From Takakia lepidozioides (Eukaryota; Plantae; Bryophyta): DNA of 64,000 nucleotides. Below the pieces are notes generated by a model. It did no database searches and was not told the origin of the DNA. It worked only from the letters and a program-made list of their open reading frames with translations. The DNA is taken from positions 4,092,001 to 4,156,000 of the forward strand of contig CM060732.1 in assembly GCA_030704615.1 (NCBI GenBank), in the 5' to 3' direction. This document shows, piece after piece, positions 12,201 to 24,099 of this stretch (the first letter of the stretch is position 1; each line of letters starts with the position of its first letter). The position numbers were made by a program, and so were the translations under genes.

Positions 12201-14805
12201 ACCACCGTTTTTTCAGATACTATTCCTGGTTGGGGTTTAAGCTAGTTGAGAATTCTGCATGAATGGTTAGCAGATAGACTACTAGTTGTACTCTTGTGAG
12301 ACAGGCTTTCTGTATGGTTTGCACTTTCCTACACAACAACAATGCAGTGGACGTAGGCAATTTCATGTCACTATGACATTATTAGGTCTTCACTCTCCTG
12401 GTTGAAATGTTCTGATGCTGGTAGGGAAATATTGCATGGATGGTTGTGTAGATGGACTGCTAATTGTATGTTTGCCAGAGGGGCCCACTGCGCATTTCAA
12501 GCTTTCTAGCCTAAAACTCAGCAAGAAAATTAAGGTCTGTGTTAGCTGACTGCGTATCAGTCAATTTCTGTGCTTTTATACACGAGGGTGTCATATGCCG
12601 TTGCACTTCAGCTTTTGGGCAGTTTAGAGGGACTTAGTTGCTCCTGCAGTTCCCGAGTCAATTTACCGCTTTGTCTCTACCTGTGATCTTTGACTGTTTC
12701 TTTAGTAGGTGAAAGCCGTCACAATGGGGTCATGGCAGTCTGCGGGACTTATCTCAGAAGACTGGGCAGGTATTACAAAGATGAAATTTCTGTTTGTCTA
12801 AATATTTCAGGGTCATGGTCGACCAACACGTCACATGCCAGAGCTTATACTGAACAACTTCACCACGCACTTAGGCCACCGAGTTGGAAGGTTAGTCTCT
12901 GATGCATAGCCTTGAATTAAAAACATGTACTCCTTCATATACTGCACATCTGGAATTGAGCTCGAGAAAATGAATGGTTATCCCTTCACTATGCTTTTGC
13001 ACTTGCCCTGACGGGGGACTCTAGAGGGTCCACCGCCAGGAGAGCTGGTCTGAGCATGGCAAATCAGTTGCGTCCCTGAAGTCTCAAATGTCCATCAGAA
13101 GCTCTGTGTCTATTGGGTTAAACGTTATCTGTGACACTCTATAAGCTCTATGGCACTAGGAAGGGACCCTCAACCTCTTCATCTTTACCACATGAGCTCA
13201 TTTTGCAGAGTTTCTCGACTTGGCCTCATGATCTTTGTACAAATGGTTTTTGCCCTTCTGTCAAAAGCACCCTGCAATTGGGAAGCTCAAATGAAAGGAC
13301 CTCTACTGGCAAGTTTTCACAATCATGAAGGGAAGTCCCTTTCTTGCTTTAGAACCTAACAGCACAACGCGAGGCTATGGCAACCATCTGATGAGTACAT
13401 TCTAACAGGGAAGACAATGCACTGTATGGATGTTTTATTTTCTTTGTTAGTTTTGGCAACATGTGACATGAGCAATTACTCAGTTAAATACAAGTTCTAG
13501 TTCCACGGTTAGTTTCACCAAGCATCGCCCAAAAGGGTTGGTAGTGCTGCTCACACAGGACATTAGGAAATGTGGGAGGGCCTTGCAGAATGCTGGCATC
13601 GCTCTTTCCGCAGGACCCTGAATTCCGGGGCAGACGTGCTGTAACTTTCCACAATCAGCGTGATTTCATCTTTTTTCGGCATCATAGGTAAGTCTTCAAT
13701 GCCGTCTCTCAGTGTTGTGAATCAGCGCAATTAGCAGTGGACCCACTTACAGAAAGTACCAGCAATAAAAATGCTATAAGAAAAGTTATATGAGAGGATT
13801 TGAAGACTGAAGACAGCCATGGCAAAATTAATAGTGGGGGAGGATGCAAACTTCTATGAGAGAAGCTGGTCTAACTAGGACGATAATCCTGTGTCTAACG
13901 TGTTCCCCCACAGAGCGGGTCCCCAATTATCTGCAATTACTGTATGTTCAATGTTGAGCTGTTGGGGCAAACCTAATGCTATTGTGATAACCCTGCAATC
14001 CTTGACCAAGGCTCTCATCATCATGTGCGTAGGTATATATTTGAGGAAAAAGAGGTGAAGGTAAGATCACCTGCAAACACCAGCCAAAAAGCAAAAGGCC
14101 CAGCAGCAACTGACCCAAAAAAGCTTCCTCCCAAGCAGGCAGTTATTGCCCGACTGCAGGTTCTATCTCTCCCTCTCTGCATGTGTCATCCCTCTTACAG
14201 GATCAGACTGTCTGGATGCCATCTTGATTGTCTCTGTTTCTCCCTATTCACCTGTTTCCATGATATATCTTTCCAGGAGCATTACGAGTAGTCTTGCATT
14301 GGGATATAACAAGTATGGGTACACTGGGGCTTCTGGATTTAGTGAAATACAATGTTGTTGGTGCAGGAGTGTGGCCCACGCTTCACGCTGAAGCTGCAGA
14401 GTTTGCAGCATGGCACCTTTGACACAAAATATGGAGAGTACGAGTGGGTACACAAGGTACCACCCTTATTATTCTTCTTCCCCACTTTCAGTACTTCACC
14501 TTTTTTATGTTCATGAATGTTTGGTGTCCTACATGTGGGCACCGAAATAGCTGTGCTGGTGGAAGTCGATAGAGTTCAGTGGCAACCTTTTCCCGGTAGA
14601 CATTCTTTGTGAAGGGGCCGTAGGTGTATTCACCATCGACATGTCTGTTAGTGGCCAAACCAGGAACAGGTTTGAGTCAGTTGTATCTTGAGATGAAAGA
14701 CGGGGCGGGGTTGAGTCAGAGAGTGGGTTTCACCCTTTTTCTGAACACTGTGGTTTGTGTTGGCAGCCTGACATGGATACAAGCCGGAGGCGATTTTTCC
14801 TCTGA
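9292..14805 (+). CDS. RPF1: Ribosome production factor 1 (Brix/Imp4 family), 11 exons, ~353 aa: 9292-9504, 9968-10048, 10326-10421, 11710-11793, 12073-12142, 12452-12534, 12811-12890, 13589-13687, 14033-14159, 14367-14456, 14767-14805
   Basis: All GT-AG junctions are in phase; [72 protein letters not shown]-terminal DTSRRRFFL*. Confidence 0.96.
10500..11660 (+). mobile_element. Degenerate LINE 3' fragments (partly tandem-duplicated) in RPF1 intron 3
   Basis: [11 protein letters not shown] (RT thumb region), [17 protein letters not shown]...DNIHFL zinc finger; 10550-10880 repeats at 11330-11660. Confidence 0.75.
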
Positions 14806-15381
14806 ACTTTGAGCCTTTGTGCCTCTCCTTGCTTTCTGTATTAGCCTGGCTCACTGGCTAGCTAATTCATTCAAGGCCATTACTGCGACATTGTGTTTGT
14901 CCTCTCTCTCTCTCTCTCTCTGACTAAAGGTTCAAGAAGTGAAAGGACGGTGTGCGCCGAGCTGCCTAGGTATCTTAGAAGGACAACTTCATAAAATCAT
15001 GTACAACGAATAACAGTGCTTCAGTCTGCAAGGCACAAACCATCTGTAACCCGTCCCCTATTATTGAAGAAAAAAATTTGCACTTGGCCATCTATTACAT
15101 CATTCTACCAAACATTTGTCATCCTTTGCTGTGCCCCTCTCACGTCAAGCAATTCTCTTATAGGCTTTGCAGATGTTAGAGAAATCCATGACACAGAAAA
15201 ATTGGTTCTAATGTCAAAGGCCAGCTTGTGTAAGCAATTGGTAGACCTAGGAACTAGTTGATGGCTATTGTTTATGCATATTGTTTTTGGTGTGTGTCAA
15301 CTTCGCACATACAACTACGTTTAACATAGTTGTCATGAAGAGCTCTTTGGGTGACGCAGCGAAATGCCATTGCTTATGTAA

Positions 15382-15771
15382 ACTAGCCAAAACTGGATGT
15401 CAAGTGCACTCCTCATGACAGACCATGTCCAATAGAGTTCAACTGGAGGGGGAATTACAGAATGTGGGGAATTACGGGATGTAGCTCCCCTAGCTGCTCC
15501 CACGGCTCATCCTCGTGGAGAACACTAGGAATGAGATAAGAACTTAATGCACACGGGCAACCTTTGACAGGACGGTACGCCAGTTTTGGCATGTCAAATC
15601 CTCCCCACCCTCTCTTGAGAGTGACATGGAACTGAAGGGAGTGTAACTCTAGTCGGTGTTACACGACAGGGTGTGTAATTCCACTCGGGGTTACACGGAA
15701 TGGAGTGTAACTCCACTCGGTATATAACTGACACTTGCTCTCGAAATTTGACTGTCCAAATTTGGCTAAGT
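15382..15771. mobile_element. MITE-like element with imperfect TIRs and internal GTGTAAC/GTTACAC repeats
   Basis: ctagccaaaactggatgtcaa ... ttgactgtccaaatttggctaag. Confidence 0.45.
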
Positions 15772-15782
15772 ATAAAATTGAC

Positions 15783-15880
15783 TAAGGCCCCGGCCGCACT
15801 AGTGGTTAACTAGCCATGGTTAGTTAGCCCGGGTTAGAGAGCGGCCGCACTTATGGTAAAAGTTAGCAATGGCTAACGAA
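15783..15880 (+). mobile_element. PIF/Harbinger-like left terminus
   Basis: TAA followed by GGCCCCGGCCGCACT, with GGCCGCACT repeated internally. Confidence 0.4.
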
Positions 15881-17023
15881 GGTTATCCTGCGAGCTGCCC
15901 GCCAAGCGCCGCTGGAGCTGCCCGTCGAGGCAACGAAGACGCCATGGCTGCGAAGCTCGAACTCAAACTACTTGCATCTCGAACTGCTTGAATCTGGGGT
16001 TTGGTGGAGCCCAACTACACTATACCAGTTGCAAGGCCTGCGCAGGAGGAGAGGCACGTTAATCCCAGGACAGGTGTGACATATCCATTAACTATCCATT
16101 GGTGTTGGTTCCACAGTTGAAAATGTGTTCTACAGCTAGCAACAACTCTCATTTTTGGAGACGTTTCAAAACTTGAAATGACATGTGCTGGCATTTGGGA
16201 ATATCAGAGAAGGTGGGTGCCATTAGAACATCCAAGGTTTGAATTTTGATGCCACCAAATTGGTGTGTGTAGTTTGGGTTATTCTCAATGCGCGTAGTGT
16301 TGTCAGGGCTATGCACATTTGAAAGGCAGAGTCCCAGAGGTGGAGGTGTGGGGACTGGGTGGTGCCACAACGTGCAATTGGAGGAGTTGCGCGCACATGC
16401 ATGCCATCAGTTTTGCCCATGTAGGAATTCTGGTGTGAGGTGATTTTGCTACACATGATTTCATTCAGTCCAAGAAACATCTCTGCTTTGGTATATCCTT
16501 TTCTAGCCCTATATTAAATCTTTGGTTCTACTTGCAATGTGGTTATGGTGTACTGACTTGTGGCAACTGAAGCTCTTGAACAGGTGTTGGTAGTGGAGAA
16601 GAAGCAGGCCATTTCCTTCTTGGATCCCAAACAAGAATTGGTATGTTGCAGATGTCGTCTAGTTTTTCCCATCCTCGGAATGGAAATCAACTGCTTGGCT
16701 AGAACATTTCAATATGGATGGAGTGAAAGCGGAAAAATATATCAAGTGCACAGATCACTTTCTTCTTTAAATTAAAGACAATTGCAACCTGATTGCACAC
16801 TGACCCTACATCTGATCCACTTAAAACCTTCTGTAGCAGGAAATGGAAATTGGTGTCCTTACCATCTCAGTGCAGAGCAACCTTTTCTGATCAGTGACGT
16901 AGGGACGGACATAATGCTTGCGATACTGACTTTCCAATCGACCACATGGCTTGTATGATACAAATCAGCATGGCCTCCCCTGATGGATCATTGTTCAGAT
17001 ACATCTCATGATGATGGAGGTAA

Positions 17024-17549
17024 AACATATTGGTGCATGGTGATCTGACAGTGATAGGCTTACCTGCCCGGACGATCACTGCTTGCCTGAATGACTATGT
17101 TGTTTCCCCACGGGAGCTTACACGATTGCTACGTGAGCTGCAGGTGAATACCATCTTCCAGTTATAGAATAATTCTAAATTGTGCTGAGATAAAGGTCAC
17201 AAAATTCTTGAAAGTCATACCAATCTATTGGATTTAAGATACTGAAATGGTTGAAAGTTCATATGCTGTTCTGGGTTGACTGGGTTGCAGCATCATGAAG
17301 TGAAGAGTCAAGTGCATTTCTAGTTCTTGTTACACCACATGAATGGCTCTTGTTGAAGCAACGTGGGAAGCTTCTCACTTAGTCCAGTCTTTTTATGGGC
17401 ATATGATTCTAATGTTACAGGCAAGACGGCAAGAAGAACTCATCTCAGAGCTTGAAGAGGAATTGGATATAGCACAGACACAGTTGCAAATTAAAGAAAA
17501 GGAGCTGCAACTATGGAAGGAACGGGTGAAGTGTCTGACTGAAGGATGA
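17024..17549 (+). pseudogene. POLAR-like coiled-coil protein, C-terminal exons (17024-17143, 17421-17549); upstream frame broken
   Basis: Spliced LVHGDL...DYVVSPRELTRLLRELQ|ARRQEELISELEEELDIAQTQLQIKEKELQLWKERV resembles the POLAR-family C-terminus (VSP.EL...L.E....R.EE.I.ELE..L......L..KE.E...WK). Confidence 0.55.
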
Positions 17550-19065
17550 ATAACGTACACCCACTCAGGCAGGAGACTGGGCCCTAACTGATGTCTACCT
17601 AATGCTTGTTTACCATCATTAGATCTGTCTTGTGTGTTCTGAGGTCTGTTGGGCCCTGCAATGTGCTAGTTGAGTTCCTCTGACCATGCGGCCTTCTGAA
17701 GTTGTGTCCCACCAGATTTGAGTTGATTACAATGTTGCTTACTATTCAGTGACATGTGCTTTCGGTCTGGCATACAAGAGGACTAATTCCCCTTTTTCTT
17801 CGAATCACTTGTAGGGATGACTGTGTTTGTTATGCTCCAGAGTAAAATGGACTGTAAGGGAGAAGAACAATTCATGGGAAAAACATCACTTGAACTGGAA
17901 AAGGACGCAACCACAAAAACAGCCAAGTCTAGATGTGTGGAACCTTGACTTACATGTGGGTGGGTGTATTGGTGGTTTTTGGTTGTGCAGGTGAGGTACC
18001 TTTGAGTCCATTGACTCCCACTGGTGGGGGTGTTTTCTTTGAGAGGCCCACGTCATCCAGTGACAGAAATGTTCAGATCGAAATTGCTCTGCAGAGCAGC
18101 GACCTGGTAGAAGTCTAGGAAAGTCTTCACTTTCCTCTTCAGGCTTCAGATGATTGTCGTGGACAATTTGAAGAATCAACTGGCAGCATTTTCATACCCG
18201 ACGCAGTGGCACTTAGATTGCCCAAGGGCTTCAGTTGTTGCACTTCCAACTTGTATGTCAGTAACTTCTTATTTTTGACAACCAATCCATGCATGGCTCA
18301 TTCATTGCCACACCTACAAGTCTCATTTCTGTCACCGGTGGGGAGAGCTCAGTGTCTGCAGAAGTCTAACTAGAGAATTCCACGCAATGCGAGGTACTGA
18401 TCATTACTTTATTGAGCAGGTGTACAAACATGGATATATGCCTTGCTCTGTATGACCAGTATCAGAGCTTAGGGTTTAGGGTTTAAAGGGACTGGCCTGC
18501 CAGGTGCACAGTACACCTACATAGAGACAAGCAAGATGTAAGGTTTTGGGTCGTCAAAGCTGAAGCTCTACAATGACGAGCAATCTCAAAAGAGACATTC
18601 ATATCAGCCACAAAGAAACAAAGAAGAAAGGAGCACAGAGCTAACCCAAGAAGCTTGAAAAAAAGGCACCAAAATCCATATCAACATTGCCAACATTGAA
18701 AAACCAAGTACACCTTGGTATGCCAAGTCTCAAATGGAGTAGCATCCGATAGTAGTTTGAATGTGAAGTGTCCCAAAAAACATTTGGCAGCGAAGTGTTT
18801 GTAGTCTGTACCTTGTGTCGTGCAGATGATGTCTCTTTCCCTCCCCCACCCCAAGAACACCCTCAGGCTCCCATGAAAGCAGTATGTGGCTTACGGTCTG
18901 CGAGAGACGGGCGCGAGGAAGGAGGTAGAACGGGGAGCGCGTTGGAATTTTCCATCGGCTGCCCCGCGTGATTAAAGTTAATACGTGGGGTGGGTAGGGG
19001 GTATCTAGTTGGACAAATACTAGGGGGTAGTTAGCGACGATTAGCGCTGATTAAATTTAACAGTG

Positions 19066-19620
19066 GCTACCCATAAGCGCACCACTGCCAAGTTCCCCAT
19101 CCCCCAACCTTACCATACACTTTATTGAATTTACATATTGTAATGACCGCTACCCTGGCTCTCCCACATGGAAAAACGCCAAAAATACGCTCCACTCATT
19201 CTAGCCATTCGCCGTCGTCCACAGGCCCCCTCAGGGTCATTACTGCCGGCACCAGAGGCGACATCCACAATGCTAGTATTTCTGCCCTTCATAATAACTT
19301 CAAACTACCTATCTCTCATATACACAAATGCTTCAACTATCCACCTGACTGCGTTGCGCTCCCTCACTGCTATCTTCACTAATAAAAGGAAGCTTGAAAA
19401 CCACATCTCGTAGGCCTCTTGTCACTTCGGACACCCCAGGGGTTCCCCTAGGGGTACCCCCCCCCCCCCCCCCCCCCCCCAACCCGCCCCGCTCGCCCTT
19501 GGATTACGGGGTGTCCCCCGGGCACCCACTAGTTTTTATAGGGCCCACCCCCGAAAGGGGGCAGTAGCCGCAAGGCGAAGTGGCTCTTAGTTACGCCGGC
19601 CTCGGTCGGAGTCATCTCTC
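19066..19620 (+). mobile_element. 3' fragment of an RLE-bearing LINE (Dualen/RandI-like), including 3' UTR
   Basis: TIHFIEFTYCNDR...KRQKYAPLI...VITAGTRG; UTR matches 62700-62880 and 22490-22650. Confidence 0.75.
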
Positions 19621-20204
19621 TTCAAGTTTTATGAAAAGATGGACTACGTTGATTCATCAAGCAATTTTGGATTATGAATGTTGGTTAGGAAACTTTTGCC
19701 TGATTCAAGCATCGTCGGAAGGAAGCGGTAGCCTTTTAGGGTGAATTAACCCCATAGGTTACGCAAGAGTTGTGGTTTTTTTTTTTTTTTTTTCCTGACA
19801 GCAAAAAAAAATGACAACAATGATGTGGAAAAGATGACATGGCACTGTGGCACCCAGATTTTCCCATTCTTCATGCTCTGCTTTCCCACTTTTGATTTAT
19901 GAACAGAAGCTTAAGAGCAGACAACATTGACGATTTCTCTTCTTGTGCGTATGTTGAGATTTTTGAAAACACTGTGCATTCACGCAACAACAATTTGCAA
20001 GGTCTTTTTCTGCTGCTTGCGTGCTAGACTCAACCCATTGGCCACTGGGTATCGCGGAAAGGTTGAAAGATTTTGATTTAGTAAAAAGTGGCATGGAAAG
20101 CATTGGGTCTTCTGTCGCTAGTTCTTTAGGGGCACCATTGCCAGGAAGCAATGGGATTGTAGTTATAGGTGTAATTAACCGTTCAGAAGAGGGGATTACA
20201 AGTC

Positions 20205-21144
20205 ATTGACTTCCTTGGTCATGGTTAGTCCTAGCAACATGAACAACAAGCACCACCAGGAAACTCACAACATGGATGATCCCATAGACCAAAATTACGT
20301 TGCTTTCTCTCGGGAGTTCCACTGCAGCTGATTTGAGCTCTACCTGAGAGACAACTATCATACGTTCCTTCCACACCTTCTCAAATGACCAGAAAGAAAG
20401 CTACCAGCGTGAGGGAATTCACAAGAAACATGATGCTTTGGGTCCACTAGCCCTCCCTTAGCGGGTTGTATCCAGTGTCAACTTTTGTGTCTGAATTCAT
20501 CTGTGCAAATAACGCTTCCGCCCCTATTACAACAACAGGCAGAAACCTTCTAGTGTGAGATAACATGCAAATCTAGCCAAATATGTGAATGTCCTAGAAA
20601 ATCACATTTTGCCCCAGGAATCCCACTAGAAGGTGCAGGAAGAAGTCTCTTCAGCCAAAGGTTGCTGGGCCACCTAGTTCAGAGTAACTGTGACACATGG
20701 ATGGAAAAGATGGAAGCTACAGCTTAAATGACATGGTGATTATCAAGATGATCTACTCAACTTTGCTAGAAATACATGTTCCTTTATTGCTGAATATGAA
20801 AAGATATGAAAAAGTTCACAATGTGAAGAGGCTCTCTGAAGTAGTTGCTACCCTCATGAGTTAGGATTTGAAGTTACTCATGTTCAGTACAGATTCCATA
20901 TGACAATCCGGGCATATTAGCTTACTAGATACTAGATCTTCAGTAACATTGCTAATTCATAAAAACTTGCTATTCCATATGGAGCCAGTATTGAGAACAA
21001 AAGTACATCAGAGAGACAAATCCTTGAACAAAAAGGCAGAGATCTTAGGTGATCAGTCAGCTACTAACCTGTGATAAGAGGAATTATGTAGCCCACAGCC
21101 TGCACGCCAAGCATCCCAAGCGGGATGTAGGACAGTTCCTCCGC
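20205..21144 (-). pseudogene. DUF2921-family membrane protein fragment (exons 21069-21144 and ~20205-20523), with stop and frameshift
   Basis: SYIPLGMLGVQAVGYIIPLIT|GAEALF...*W...LVAFFLV..KVWKERM...VILVYGIIHVVSFLVVLVVH resembles plant DUF2921 proteins (YISLVMLGVQALGYS.PLITGAEALF). Confidence 0.65.
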
Positions 21145-21413
21145 CTAAACTGACATGTGGTAGGACTGCGGAGGGCTCAACAAGAACTGTGGATGTGAAA
21201 AAAATAGGAGAGTCTGAGTGTATGGAACTGGGCTCCTGCACGACCCAACACAACAGAGGATATGAGTGTGTAGTTCAATGGCTTCCCTGCATGTCAGCAT
21301 ATGTCCCCCAAACCAGTGTAGTGCAAACTTAAAGATCATCTGAAACTTCAGACTTACTCACAATGAAAATTGATCGTTAGTGTCTACATCGTCACATCCC
21401 GGAAGACCAGTTC

Positions 21414-22440
21414 CTACTTGCCAAACTTACATTTATCATGATTCAGTTTCAGATTGTGCTCTTGCAGCTTTTGCAAAATGTCTTCCACATGCCTTAGATG
21501 GTTTTCCCATTCGACACTATGAACGTTTATGTCATCCACGAATACCTTTGCATGATCCTTGATCTCTTCTGCCAGAATGGTATTCATGGCCCTTTGAAAT
21601 GTGGCAGTCGCGTTTTTCAGTCCGAATGGCATCACCAGCCACTCATACAACCCTATCATTGTGATTACAACTGTCTTCTTTATGTTTTGCTCGTTCATTC
21701 TGATTTGCCAAAAATTACTTTGCAAATCCAAGGCTGTGAACCAGCTAGAATTCCCCAGTTGTTGTAAGACATCACATATTATAGGCATCGGGTATGAATC
21801 CCTCATGGTCTGTAAATTCAGAGGTCGGTAATCTCCGCAAAACGTTGCTTCCGTCTTTCTTTGGTGGTAAAGCCACTGGACAACGATATTCAGATGTGTT
21901 TGGCCTCATCTTGCCTTGTCTTATTAGTGCCTCTATCTGGGACTGGACTTCCCTCTCTTCCCAGTCGGACAGCCTGCTTGGCTTGCTTCTACAAATCCTT
22001 GTGTATCAATGCAGTGTTCTACATTCTTGCAGAAGCCAAGGTCAGCCTTGCTAAGGGCGAAGGCTTCTTGGTTTCTTCTCAATACCTCAAGCATTTGCTC
22101 TTTTTGTGCCTCAAAAAGTGGGGTATTGATCAGTTTCAGCCTTGTTTTCACCATTTTCCAGCGGCTTGGCACTTTTGTTTCTGACTTTATTTCCTTCTGC
22201 ACGCTGCCATTTCCCATGATTGATTGGACTGCTCTGAGGTGGCATTCTTGTTCCTCCACCGCAGTTATTTTCAACCAGTCCTGAAAGTCATCGTCCCCCT
22301 CGCTTTCTTCTTGCAATTCTCCTTCCCATGCTTTGATGTAGGCGTCTCTCATAATCATATTGGTGATTTCTTGTTGTGAGGCCTAGTCAATGAGGGCCTC
22401 CAGCCCCTGGTCCTCCAACTTGTCACCATTCAGCTCTGTC
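21414..22440 (-). mobile_element. Degenerate Ty3/Gypsy reverse transcriptase fragment
   Basis: RDSYPMP..., FTALDLQSNFWQI, GLYEWLVMPFGLKNATATFQRAM, VFVDDI, KLNHDKCKF. Confidence 0.9.
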
Positions 22441-22484
22441 ATACTACCACTCCATCTCACTTTGGTAGAGAGAGCTTGAGAAAA

Positions 22485-22756
22485 CTTTGGCCGAAACCGG
22501 CGTAACTAAGAGCCACTTCGCCTCATGGCTACTGCTCCCTTTGGGGGGTGGGCCCTCTCCAAGGGACAATCACAGTACGAGTAGGGATAGGGTACCTAGG
22601 GTACCCTAGGTTATAACCAAAGGGGGGTTGGATTCAAGTTATCGCTTATTGGTAATAATAGTTGTGGAATGAAGCGCCGTGAGGTGTATTGCCTTGAAGC
22701 ATTTGTGGATAGGGGGAATAGGGACTTGAAAGTTTTTGTGTAGGGTGTTTGCAAGC
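22485..22756 (-). mobile_element. 3' end of a Dualen-like LINE copy
   Basis: ccggcgtaactaagagccacttcgcc...ggctactgctccc...gggtgggccct shared with the other copies. Confidence 0.75.
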
Positions 22757-22758
22757 TA

Positions 22759-23482
22759 GGGTGGACCAAAACTGCGTAACTGTGCAGTTTTTGCAGTGAC
22801 CCCCCTTGATAGTGTCACCTATAAAAATTCGACAATTTAAAATTTCATTGCAATTTCTATGTTGTAAGGTTCTTATCTACAATGGGAAGATATACCAATT
22901 ATTAGATTCCCAAAAAGTTTTTGTAGTGAAGAGCTATGGACTTTCAAAGGAGTAACTGTGGACTGTAACTGTTACATCATACAAACTTATGGACTAAATA
23001 AACATAATGTACACTTGTTGAAATGCACAATGGAAAACAGTTTAGAGGTGCACTTTTTGAATACTCCCCAAATCCACTTTCATATGGAAAAAAACATAAA
23101 AGATAAAGAGCTATGGACTAATTTATATTTAAAAAATAGCTCAATTTTCATTTGTCCATATTTTTTCAAATAAGGGGATTTTGGGGTTTTACCTTTTCTA
23201 AAGAGGTATAGAATGACGTAGGGAAGGTGCGTCAGGTGTCATATGGAAAAATCCGTTGAAATTATCCGTTGAAATTAATTTTTGATATATCAAGTGTTAT
23301 TCAATTTAAATACTAAAATTTATAGTAAAATTTATCTTTGATGTTTGGGATAAGACCCTTTACTAAAAATGTTAAATATATCATCGTCTATCATCATTTG
23401 AAATTATTTGGGGAAATATCGTCAAATTTAAATTTGGAAATGGACTTCCATGGAAAACGAATCTGCCGCTTTTGGTCCACCC
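22759..23482. mobile_element. AT-rich MITE with 13-bp TIR, flanked by TA (Tc1/Mariner-like)
   Basis: TA-GGGTGGACCAAAA ... TTTTGGTCCACCC-TA. Confidence 0.75.
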
Positions 23483-23489
23483 TACCCTA

Positions 23490-24095
23490 CAACTGCCTTG
23501 TAGTGCGGCGATACTGGCATTGTGAATGTCTCCTCTGGTGCCGGCCGTGATGACAGATAGTGGGCCGGCGTTCCAACTTCGTTGGCGGGTAGCAAGGATG
23601 AGCGGTACATATTTCTGTCGTTTGTCTAAGGTGGAGGAAGCGGGGTAACGATCACGGCAAATTGTAAATTCAATGAAGTGAATGGTAAGATTAGGGGACA
23701 GAGTAGTGGGCGGGGAGGCGTTGATGGGTAAGCCATGAACAAGTAAGATGTCAGGGCATAGTCTGGAGGAGCAGGTGTAGGGTGAGCGGGGGCAAACACA
23801 TGGGAGAAGCCATGGCGGAACAGTATGGTCTTGGGGTCGGCCTTGGTAGGTGTGGCCATTAACGAGTGAGAACCATCCAGTTTCAGGGCGGTTCATGAGA
23901 AGTTTATGGGTGTGTCGAGTAATATGAAGGTCGTGGATGACAGGGTGGGTACACTGGCTGAGAAGGTGGGGCTAGGTGTTACGCACCTAGTGGGTATGTG
24001 AGCAAAGTGGGCAGTGGGGGGATGGGAATAGGCGTGGCCAGAAGATGTGTTTGCATTGGTGGCCCATATATTGGGCGTATCTAAATTTGAGTGTC
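23490..24095 (-). mobile_element. Dualen-like LINE fragment: zinc knuckle + restriction-like endonuclease
   Basis: HCPLCSH...PHLLSQC, then PDILLVHG...IHFIEFTICRDR...DKRQKY (PD..E-type RLE). Confidence 0.75.
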
Positions 24096-24099
24096 TGTC

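Noticed and set aside
18469-18490. TTTAGGG telomeric repeats
   Set aside because: Only 2-3 units; insufficient for an interstitial telomere call
19540-19613. HDV-like or twister ribozyme, or rRNA fragment
   Set aside because: GGCGAA resembles HDV J4/2 but the P1/P1.1/P3 pseudoknot cannot be built; no extended rRNA similarity
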